A stretch of DNA of 39,084 nucleotides from a virus (Duplodnaviria > Caudoviricetes), in IMG/VR virus record IMGVR_UViG_3300012346_000133, positions 1 through 39,084 of that record; one strand, 5' to 3'. How positions within the stretch are numbered: position 1 is the first letter of the stretch; each line of letters starts with the position of its first letter. The notes beneath the pieces were generated by a model. It was not told the DNA's origin. It was given only the letters and a program-made list of their open reading frames with translations, and searched no databases. Below are positions 7,064 to 18,100 of the stretch, one piece after another. A program made the translations under genes and the position numbers.

Positions 7064-8344
7064 TTATTTGATTGTTACGATAGCTTCAACTGTGCCACGT
7101 CCAGTATCTTGTTTAGCTACTAAACTACGACCAATCACGTTAAACGCAGTGGCTTCGCCTGGCTGAGCTGCACGAGCATATCCGTCGCCTGCAGATACAA
7201 GACGATCACCTTTGTTGATTACGCCAATTACCTTAACAGGAACACGACCGGTCATCGCAACTGGAGGGTGTGTGCTATCATTACCAGCTTTACTATTCAT
7301 CAAGTAAGCTGCATTAGTACTTATCACGCCGAACACTTTATCGCTCAGATCAACACCAACTTTGGTAATCTCTGCAGAGCCACCTAGTTCAACTACAGTA
7401 CCAGCTTCTAGAACTTCGTCAGCATGGAAACGTTCTGCAACGTCAGCGTAGTTGGCATTAATTTGGTTACCACTAATAGTACCGTTTGCACCATAGATAG
7501 TCATTGCTGTGGTTTGTACACCACCAACGTTAACACGGAATACCATGTTACCACCTGAAGTGATGTTGCTGATCAATGTATTGATACCGCTAACTGTCAT
7601 GTTAAGGTCTTGGTCTGCACCAATTGTCATACCGCTGTCATTTAGAATACCAATTGTACCTGTTGTGGTTTGGTTGGTATTTTTCAACATAAAGCTAGAT
7701 GCTGCATTGCCGCCTAGCGCATTTGAATCGCTGGATGTTCCTTGGAACAACGGTGTCTGCCCGCCAATGCTTGATGCTAGCGTCATACCTGGCAGCACAG
7801 AAGTGAATCCAGAAATTGCAACTTGCGGAGTAAACGAAGCGTCTTTGCTCATGATAGCTACAACACTGTCTTCAACGTAGAATTTAATTACAACGTGGCT
7901 AACAGCGGTGTTGTCAACAATAGTGTCAACAATAGCACCAGTAGTACCTGTACCAGCAGTAAACGCAGGACCAACTAGCAACCAGGCTGAGCCTGTGTAT
8001 ACTTTAAGTTGAGCGTTTGTAGTATCGTACCACAAATCACCTGCTACGTTAGACGATGGTGCGCTAGAACTTGCAGTTGCAGCACTTACTGTTTTGAATA
8101 CAGTGCCGTTATAGACTTTTAGCAAGCCGCTACCCGAATCCCACCACAGTTGACCTGTAAGTGGAGCTCCAGGAGCTGTGGTATTCGATGAATTCTCCAA
8201 CATGTGGATAAAGTTCTCGTCTAAAAACTCGCCGTAGCCAGCGTAGTTTTTGCCGATAAGTGTCATCGAGCTCGATGTGTTGATAGTACCGTCTGCAATA
8301 GTAGCGAAAACTGTACCGTCGGTAAGATTGATTGTATATGCCAT
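7064..8344 (-). CDS. Tail fibre/baseplate appendage protein with a C-terminal Peptidase_G2-like intramolecular chaperone domain
   Basis: N-terminal LIGKNYAGYGE..ENF and two P...G.LW.D....LKVY.G repeats. C-terminal YADVAERF...GTVV...FGVIS...PVAMTGRVPVKVIG.INKGDRLV. GGAG ribosome binding site. Confidence 0.75.
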   Translation of the reverse strand: MAYTINLTDGTVFATIADGTINTSSSMTLIGKNYAGYGEFLDENFIHMLENSSNTTAPGAPLTGQLWWDSGSGLLKVYNGTVFKTVSAATASSSAPSSNVAGDLWYDTTNAQLKVYTGSAWLLVGPAFTAGTGTTGAIVDTIVDNTAVSHVVIKFYVEDSVVAIMSKDASFTPQVAISGFTSVLPGMTLASSIGGQTPLFQGTSSDSNALGGNAASSFMLKNTNQTTTGTIGILNDSGMTIGADQDLNMTVSGINTLISNITSGGNMVFRVNVGGVQTTAMTIYGANGTISGNQINANYADVAERFHADEVLEAGTVVELGGSAEITKVGVDLSDKVFGVISTNAAYLMNSKAGNDSTHPPVAMTGRVPVKVIGVINKGDRLVSAGDGYARAAQPGEATAFNVIGRSLVAKQDTGRGTVEAIVTIK

Positions 8345-8364
8345 GGAAAACTCCGTCCTAACTT

Positions 8365-8370
8365 TATTTA
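8365..8370 (-). promoter_or_regulatory. Putative late promoter box TAAATA
   Basis: AATAAATA in the intergenic gap, 20 nt upstream of ATG 8344. Resembles the T4 late consensus TATAAATA; a gp55 homolog is in the window. Confidence 0.6.
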
Positions 8371-8391
8371 TTAACTGTTAATATATCCATA

Positions 8392-9000
8392 TTACGCTTG
8401 ACTTAAATTAGTCAGGGTCTGGATACGCAAGGTGTAGTCAATTTGAATCTGACGATTCAAACTCTTTTGAACTGGGTGAAAAATCACGTGTGTAATCAGT
8501 CGCAAATCTGTTGCTGATCCATTCCATGCTTTTAATCCTAGTTCGTCAAAAACGTACTCACCGTTGAAATTGGTTGAGTTGTCGAATGCTTGTTGTCCTG
8601 CGGGCTCGCCGTAATCCAACAAACAAGTAACTAAAATGTCTGTATAAACTTTACCTGTGGTATGTAATACAGTCATTTTGTTATTTGCAGTATCTGTGTT
8701 AGCAGCCGAATTATCATCAACTACTTTAGAATATGTTTGGTTATACAAGTCGGCATTTTGCCCTGTTGTATTTGGGGGCAAGTATGTGATAACACCAGTG
8801 GGGTCAACTGAGCTTCCGCCGTTGCCGAATGCCATTGTATAAATCCATCCTACATCGCGATTGCTCAGAGTTTGAGCCATTGAAATAGAAATGTTTTCAT
8901 AATGAATGGCATTTTTTTTGTCTACTAGTACTTCGCCGCTGTTAGGGTCAAGGATTTTTACAAATCCTTCAATTTTGGCCAGGCCTGGCTGAATAATCAT
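8392..9000 (-). CDS. Putative virion structural protein (tail-collar/baseplate associated)
   Basis: 202-aa beta-rich ORF in the structural operon. Motifs MAFGNGG, FDELGL and HPVQKSLNRQIQIDYTLRI resemble fibre-attachment proteins. Confidence 0.65.
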   Translation of the reverse strand: MIIQPGLAKIEGFVKILDPNSGEVLVDKKNAIHYENISISMAQTLSNRDVGWIYTMAFGNGGSSVDPTGVITYLPPNTTGQNADLYNQTYSKVVDDNSAANTDTANNKMTVLHTTGKVYTDILVTCLLDYGEPAGQQAFDNSTNFNGEYVFDELGLKAWNGSATDLRLITHVIFHPVQKSLNRQIQIDYTLRIQTLTNLSQA

Positions 9001-9155
9001 GCTCTTTTCTCCACGTAAATTTCTTTGGATGCAGGATCAAATATACGCACATGCCCTTCAACTGATATCGACCCAGTTTCGTTTGGGCGGCGACCAGTGG
9101 GTTTTTGATCCACTGGCTTCACTTCTGGTTGTTTAGCTTCGTTGCTTTGATTCAT
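8997..9155 (-). CDS. Small hypothetical protein (52 aa), absent from the ORF track
   Basis: MNQSNEAKQPEVKPVDQKPTGRRPNETGSISVEGHVRIFDPASKEIYVEKRA. Fills the gap exactly, has an ATGA overlap with 8392..9000, and a TAAATA box lies 4 nt upstream. Confidence 0.8.
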   Translation of the reverse strand: MNQSNEAKQPEVKPVDQKPTGRRPNETGSISVEGHVRIFDPASKEIYVEKRA

Positions 9156-9159
9156 GACT

Positions 9160-9165
9160 TATTTA
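9160..9165 (-). promoter_or_regulatory. Putative late promoter box TAAATA
   Basis: GGTAAATA-AGTC-ATG in the short gap after the giant gene. Confidence 0.6.
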
Positions 9166-9172
9166 CCTGCAT

Positions 9173-12100
9173 TTACAGCCCCCTCAAGAACCTTGCGGCC
9201 TGAGTATTTGTATCCTGTAACGGAACCCCATTTGACGGTGTTCCTGCACCCGGTGCATACCATGTTACACCGCGACGTACTAGAATATTCACTCCGTATC
9301 CGTTTGTTGGGGCAGTAGCAAACACTACAGTTACAGGATCAATTGCAGAAATAGTGTAGCCTGTTGTTACACGACTTCCGCCCACATAAACTTCAACTGC
9401 GGCAGTAGCAAGAGCTGTTTCGCCAGTATTGAATGTGATATTATCAGCGGTAAACGATGTAGTAGTACCATCTGCAAGGAAGTAGTTGCTATCAACATAA
9501 TCTTGGAATTGTTGTGGCAAGTATTCACCTGCGCCCAAACTGTAGATCAAGCTGCCTACACGATGTTCGTCCCGTGCAGTACCAGCAGTACCTCTGCGCA
9601 AACTACTAATAGTGTTGTTTGTAGTATTACGCTCTCTGTACATAATGCGCTCGCCGTTGATTGTTACTACGCCCCAGATATTACCTAATAAATCAGGTTG
9701 GTCTAAAGATGACGCATCTTGTACATAAATTATATCATCGTACAGTCCAAGATCTTCAACCAATACTGTGCTTGTTGCTGGTGTTATTCTATAGGTAGAT
9801 TGCAAGCCGCGCATGTCCTGGAACACGCGGAACGCCATTGCTTCTGGTACTGTGCTTTCGGTAAACATAGTAACCATAACAACATCGGTGCCGTTCATTA
9901 AACCTCTGCTTAGAACAACTTCAGTTCCACCATTACTCATAGTAAAGTCTTCACCGTAGAATAATCGTCTGCCATTTAAGGACACTATCATTCTTGTTGG
10001 ATCAGTAATAGTTCGGTCCAGCACCAAGTTATTTGCCTGAATTACTGCACCATCGGCATAATCGAAACTGTCAGTGGCTGCGTCTCCGCTGTACACTGCA
10101 TCATCGTAGCCTATACTTACAGGAACAGTAATGTTAGTTGGACCAACGAATACTTGAGTTAGTGCATCTTGTTGACGAGTATCGTTCCATGTTGTTACAT
10201 TGATGACATCGCCCGCTAATGGCACCAGACCCTGTGTTGGATCAAAGTACAATTGAGTACCGTTAACACGACATTGAGTGTTAGTAGTAACTGCGATCAA
10301 AATACGATCTTCTGGTTCAGGAGTTACAGTAAACACCACTTGACGGTGGTCACCTGTCCATGGCTCAAGTACAAATTCAGTTCCGTATACCTGTGGGATA
10401 TCATTGATATACACCAGTACATCGTTATTACTGATCAATGCTTCGCTGAATCCTAGTCGTTGTGGTAACAAGAATGCTGAGCTGCCGTCACCGTAGTATT
10501 CAATACCAGCAGCAGTTCTTGCACGTTGGCCATTCACAGTAACTAGTATATTTGCTGGGTTAGTAAACTCAACACTATTATCTAGGTCAAATGCCAGTGT
10601 GGATCCGTCACCAATAATTGTTTGCGTAACTGCGGTACTCCAACTATAGTCAAAGATTGTTGACCCATCTTGACTAGTTGTTGTGCCGATTGCAGTTAGA
10701 CTAATATAGTCAGTCGAGGTGTACGATTGATTGAATATTACCAGGGTCTGAGATGTGTTGTACTCTTCGTAAGTGTAGTCAGTAGTGTTAGTACCATTTA
10801 CAAATATTGCAAGATCAATTACTTCGTTAAACTCAACTGGCAAGATAATACGATTGTTAGCAATTTGATTACCAATATATGTATTTCTATAAAGTTGGTT
10901 GCCGCCACCTAAACCGTACACAGACAAGTTAATAATTTCGCCATTTGCTGCGCCGCTAGTAACAAGAACAGTTTGGTTAACCCAGTCAACTGTGTAGTGA
11001 ACGTTTTGTGTTAGTTCTAATCCTAGTGTTTCGTTGTTTACAATCAATGCAATTGGATATGGAATGATATCTGCAAAACTTACTGCGGGTGCAGTAATAT
11101 CAAGCGTATAGTCATATTCTTCTTCGCGGAAGCCGTGTCCGTCAAACAACCAGTCGCTGCCTTGGCGTGTGTAAACACGGAAATCCAAGGTATCAAACTC
11201 TGCGCCAGGAATCAACTCTTCAGGTGCATGACTTGAGTAAGTGTCAACATACTCGCCGCCTTCGACATTGATATCAGTAAATGCTGTACCTGTGGGGATT
11301 GGGCCAGTAGTTGGTGTGCCGTAGAAGCTTTCATAGATTGCATTAAGGATACCTGGATCGTAAGTAGGCAGTCCTTCAGGGCTATATGAAATGTTATCGT
11401 ATGGGTTAACATCAAAGTTACCTACGTCAAAACCAGTGTTCTGATTAAAACTAACGCCTGCTACTTGCACACCTGGATAGTTTATTCCAGTTAGCAATAG
11501 TCCTAGCTCTAGACCTGGCTCGTTTGCAGTCGGCGTGTAAAAACCTTGTGTTCGATTAATACCGCTTAATGAGCTAGCATCAACTAATGTCCACTGTTCA
11601 GGATCAAAAATCTCGCTTTGAATACCAGTGCTGTCAGTGCTTGCAGCTTCCCATACACGATTATCGTATCGTACTTGCATGCCGTTATCGTAATTGAATC
11701 CAGCTTGCCATTCAGAGATATCGCTTGAGTACTGGTATCTATCGTACTTGATAGTGGTCTTGATTGTTCTAACCAGGTCGTTGCCCATTACTGCATATGC
11801 CTTAGCACCAACACCGTTTCCGCCTGTGAATGTGATTACTGCGGTAGTGCTATATCCCGACCCTGGATCAATAATGTTAACAGCAACTACTCGCCCAGCA
11901 CTGTTGACTACTGCTTCCATCACTGCCGGAACAACGCACTCACCAGTAACAACCACATCAGGTGCTACACTGTAGCCAACCCCTGCATCGGCGATGTTAA
12001 CTTCAAGAATGCTTAACAAATAATTGTTGTACCATTCGTTCCATGGCCATTTTACCCACAATTCAGCATCTGCTGGGGTGTCTGCAATCTGGCTTGGAGT

Positions 12101-15100
12101 CCCAGTCCCAATCGCAGTACTTTCAGTGTACGGTAACAACACTGGGCTTATGTACTGAGGTACTAATAATTCCGAGTTATAGTATGCTGGAATATCAAAG
12201 TCAGTAACATCACCGCCATATGCATCATTACCATCGTATGTAAGATTAAACTCTTTGATCTGTACATGGTAAGGCTTTACTTCGTTGATATAGTCTAATA
12301 CAAAGTTTTGATTGTCTTGGAGATAATTTTCATAAGGTAGTAACTGTCGAATCTTATGGTCCACATCAATCAAACTAGTCTTGGTTAGCCACTCTGGTGC
12401 CTGTTGCTCGCTAAGAATGTAATTAAACATCAGGATCAACTGACGATTACGTTCTATCAACAGATCAGCAACAAACAGTTCTTCGTTGATTGCCTGAATG
12501 ATCTTACGAGTCTCGATGGTCGGTTCTTGATCAAAGTATTGCGAATCAAATACTTCAACGTCGAACCCAAACTTACCTACACTGTAGTTCCATAATTCAG
12601 ATTTAAACTCAATTGTTCCGTCTTGTAGACCAACGCGATTCCAACCCAACGCGGTACGTTGGTAGATTTCCCATTTTTGTTGTGCATTGAATGTAACTTT
12701 TACACTAGACCCAACTGCTACATTCAATGATGCAAGCGCACTGTAATTAATTACTTCAGCTACAGGCACAGTTAATTGATTATAACCAGTTTCGAACCAG
12801 TTGATATATTGCCAGTACTTTCTTGTATCATAGGTTTGTACTCTACTCAGCTGTGTAGATCTTGGCTGTCCAACTAATACAGTGTCTACAATTACTGTGT
12901 AGATAGTCCAGAGACCACCGTTGGTACTGTCAGACGCTATTAGATACTTGTATCCAACTGGCACAGAATATATGTTCTGGTATCCTAGCTCTTCGATATT
13001 AGCTAGACGTTTGTTCCACTCTCCACTCGAAGATGTTGGCTCAGGTTCGCTACTATTCAGCAGGATAAATGTTCTGCTTTCAGTAATTGGGTACTGTGCT
13101 AGAACAGTGTTTGCTCTAGTTAGATAGTTGTCAAGTGCAGCAAATCTGTTCACAAACATGCTCTGACGAGGACGGAATTGTAGTCCGTATCGTTCAGCGA
13201 TAGTTAGTGCTGGATCAGGTACTAACGCACCCACTGAGTTTACGCCACAGAAACTGTCTTGTAACTTTCGATACAAGTTTGCACTCAAGAAGCTTTCAGG
13301 ATCATCCTGTGCAATCAACTCGTATTCTGTATGGATGTTATCTTCGGTGTACTCTCTATCGTATTCGATATGCAAGATAGTGTCAGCGGCTGATAGATAT
13401 TCCAATCCATTATAGATTGCAACTGTATTAGCATCCAGTGCTGCAATATAAGGAATACCACTGCTCTTAGGACTTTCGATATAACGAGCAACGCCATTGG
13501 TACTAAGTGTTTTCCCAGCACTTGTATTGATAATATCCAGTCCAGTTACCCAGAAATAATATGTTGTAGTAAACACACCTTGTGCGTTTAATCTAGTTTT
13601 AACTGTGTAGCTAGTGGTGTCGAGCACTTGACCAGGGCCTTGATAGTTTGCCGGCGCAACATTACTTTCGACCCACTGACTAATATCAATCGACGATCCA
13701 GGGAATAACTGCGCCCAGCGACGACTTGCATACACTATGTCGTCTTGGTTCGGATCAATGAATCTAGCTGAGGTAATATCCCACCATATTTTCCCAACAT
13801 AATCTTCTGCCCAGAAATTACCATTATTGTTTAATTGGCCAACATTATATTTTGCTGGATTATAGGCTGTAATGAAGTCAATATTTTGTCTTGCTGCGCC
13901 AAGAATCTTGCCTTGTAGCGGATTAATAAAATCAAAGAAGTGAGTCTGACTAGAATCTAATCTGTCGTACATAAACACAGAGTTCAGTAACTGGACATCC
14001 GCAACTGGTTGTTGAGTATGTATTGCTGTCCATGCTAATTTACGATCAACGTTGTCAAATCTAGCCACTTGGCCGTAGTTTACACTACTATCACCTAAGT
14101 CACTACCTGGAGCTCCTACTAATAATCTTCCAGATACATAGCTTACTGAAGTACCCCATTGGTCTAGAGGTTCAATTGCATTGTTGTAAATCTGTTGACC
14201 GAATACAAACTTGCCTGGGTCGCTTATTGTCATATTTGCGCCTGGCAAATAATCAAATGTGTACACTGCGCCACTTTCGATCACGATACCCGATACTATT
14301 GTACTACGGTCATCAAAATACGTAGTACCTTCGTCGAACGTAGTAATTTCGTAAATGTTGCCTCGTGGAGCACCAACTACTAAGTTGTCAGCTTCGGAAT
14401 CAATGTTAACAGCATATCCAAACTGCGCACTTTGTATTGGGTAAGGACTTGTTATAGTCTGTGTATATGCATAAGTGTTAAATCCAAGATCTGTAAACGC
14501 TGTTCCGGTCACGCCAGGCAGTACAGTGAGTCTATCAAGCGGAGTTGACGCTGCGAAATTAATTACGCCCAACGTAAGGATACCATTTGTTACTGTTGCA
14601 CTTACATTTGGTATGCCAGAATTAGTAATGGCAGCGGCTAGTCCGATAACAGTGTTATTCGGCACAGCCGGTACAGTCACTAGCATATTATTAATTCTAA
14701 TAGTATCGCCAGCAGTAAGAGTTGGATTCGCAACACTTGATGTTACGCCGTATACTCTAGATTGGTTTACTCTACGTTCAACTGATCCAGCTTGAGCTAT
14801 TACTGTGCTATCAGTAGGACTACCAATATAAAGGCTACAACTGTTAGGACACATGTCAACTGCTGCACCGTACGAGTCTTCACTGAATGGCGCTGCTGCA
14901 TTAATTTTTTGTACCAGATTGAATATGTTGTTTTCAATCTCGATAATATCACCAACGTTAAGATCAATACTGATAGTAACAGTAGAGCCACTAATAGAAT
15001 ATTGTCCATTGATGTATTGTGCAGAATCTAGTAGATACTGATTGTTAACAATTACTGCAACAGGTGCCGCCCAGGATGCTGGAAGTGCAAATGTGTTAGA

Positions 15101-18100
15101 TGCAGAATCGTTGACAATATAACGAATAGTGTTTCTATCAAATGCGTAAACTGATCCACTGTTGTCAACAGTAGTAGAATCGTCACGAGGTGCACCAATT
15201 AAGATTTGGCGGCCGTCTACACTTTGTGTAATACTTGTACCAAAGCCTGTATCATCGGCAAGCCCGTTAACTGTTATTGTAGTTACCGGAGTAAAGTAAG
15301 TATAAGATGATACTGCAATTATTGCGCCAGCTGCCGGTACTGTGTTGAATACCAGATCTGATTCAAGCTCTGCACTATCAGTATTAAAATCATAATCAAT
15401 AAACGGTCGTTGTATGACCCCATCAACGGTTACTGTGAATGAATATATGTCAGTAACTGTGTATAGATACGGGTTTATACCAAATACTGTGTTACTTGTA
15501 ATACCAGCACCAGAAATAGTAAAATCTACAATTCCGCCTGTGTTGTTAACTTCTGTAACAGTAATTGTTAAATCGTTTGCTGGACTTGTTGGTGCTAACG
15601 GGTAATCACCAGGAGTTGTATTTCCTGAATTTTCAGTTCCGAGAGTTGACCCATCTATTGTTAATGTATTGCCAACTGCGTATCCTGATCCGGTAGTAGT
15701 TAATGTTGCAGAATACTCACCTCTAGTGTTTACAACTGTAAATTCAGCATCGACACCTGACCCGGTAGTAGTTGTTTGTGCCACTTCGTAGAATGTTTTC
15801 TTATCTAACTGCTGAGACTGCTTGCGTGAGATAATAATACTTTGACCGGCAGGTGGGACAAACGACAGTGTAACACTGTCAGCAGTCACACTATAATTTA
15901 CACCGTAATCCAACAACTTGTTGTTGTACACAACAAATAATTGTTCAGGATTAGCAACGTCAAACTCGATGTTAGTTCCAAATGTATAAATTGCAGTTGT
16001 GCCAGTTGTGGTAAATTTTACTTGTTGTTCTTCAATATCTACACGACCGTATGCATACACCTTGTTTGCGCCCGGGGCGCCGATATACATCCAACGTTCA
16101 TCTTTACTCAATGATACTGCATAACCAAATTTAGATGCTGAAAAATCCTGATCAGGTGCAACTAATAGTTGTCTTTGCTCGAATGTGTTTGCAAAAGAAG
16201 GACGGTAGATAGTTGCTGCATACCCTTGGTTGCCATTAGATGCACTTGCACCAGCAACTAACCAATTTTGATCACCGATATCTACTGCATTACCGTACCC
16301 TAGTGTACCAGTAGCACCTAGATTAATAGTAGTGGTCAATGCGTATTGATTGTTATTGTCTCTCAGATAAGCGTACACTGCACCAACTTGAGTACCGAAC
16401 CCAGTAGTACTATAGCCCGGGCTTCCTGCTGCTGCAATAATATTGTTAGCACCTTGACTGATACTTGCACCAAATTTTGAATTGTAAATCGGCAACGGGT
16501 AAGGCAAGTCGATTGATTCAGTAAACGGTGATTGTTTTTCTAACACTGTCCATTTGTCAGTGCCGTTATTATCCACCCAGACTTTAGCGCCAGGTACTAG
16601 ATCATTTGCATACGGCAAGCTGATTACATCACTGGCTTGCGAAACACGCATGGTTTGTAGTACCAATGCTACGCCGTTGCCAGTTACATCTTGTGGAACT
16701 GTTAGTTCTACTACTACTGTAGTAGGTGTCGGCACTGCAAGTACATGATACACGCCGTCAACTACAGAATCAAAGAATCGAATAATAATAACATCACTGA
16801 TTCCAAGTCCGTGCGGTTTTGTAAAGGAAACAACACTTGTAGAATTTAAATTATTAGATACTGCATTAACGAATCCTGGGACAGAATTACATCTATACAC
16901 ACCCCAGTTATATCCATTTATTTTAGCAGCCCAAATTGTTGTTCCTACACCAATGGTATCTAGCACACCAGGAGCTAACGATAAGTTAGTTGCTAAAGAG
17001 AATACAGTAATGTCAACGTCGTCGAGATTTACATAGCCAGCAGTAGGCAGTGATGAGTCTTGTACTGGTGTCAGGGTAGTTGGCAAAATATCAGTAGATG
17101 ATAATTTGTAACTTTGTCTCCACAGGTTTTCCAACAAGATGGTTTGATCAGCTTGGCTCTGTTGCTGTGGCAACACCACTTGAACTACACTAGGGTCAGC
17201 TAACAAATCAGCCTCGTTAAGCCTTAGTTCAATGAAGCTGCGGTTAGCGTTAGCACCGTACGTGGCTTTTAAAATTGCCCAGTTTTCAAATACATTATAC
17301 TCAGCAGCTTCTTTGCCAGTGTTAGCATTGCTTAACAATCTTACACTTCGCAGAGTACCTTTGTCTTTAAGGAACTGACTGTAAAGATTTACTTGACTTA
17401 TGTCATCGAGGTTCAACGAACTCATATATTCGCGTGGTCTAAATCCAATTAGACCATACCCTACTAGATCTTGATCTGTCTCTAGGTTAGCGTTATAAAC
17501 ACTGTACGAGTTAGCCAGCTGGTTTGATTGATTCGGAATGTTCTGTAGCAATCCACGTTGAATCTTGGTATAATCGCTCTTGACCCAATCATCGTACTTG
17601 AATTCAATGCTTGGCTGTACAATTGTCTGGGCACTCCAGTAGTTTCCTTTGTACGTTACAATTTCTCCCTTGGCATACTTTTGATTTGAACGCCATTCTT
17701 TAATAGTGTTAGCATCGTTTAGTACAAAACCTTGAGCATCTAGAGTACCATTCCAGTCTGCACTTACTGTAGCAGTAATATTCATTCTGCTTTGTCTAGC
17801 GCCAGTTACTGGTTCATAAATCAAATCGCTAAAGATACTAACATTATCTAGAACAATCATAGTTTCGTAGTTGGTAAACTTTAAATCAAGATATGCTATT
17901 GACTGTTGTGTAAGCGAGCTAACTGTGAATACGTTTTCTTGTCGATCTATTACAATATCATTCAACGGCAATGATACACGATTTTGGTCTAGTAGGCCAT
18001 TCTCAGGAGTTTGTGCAACAATGCTCTCTACCACTGCTTGATTTTTTACAGCGGTAATTGAAAATGCTGCTGGGTTCAAGTTTATCACTGATCCTTCGGA

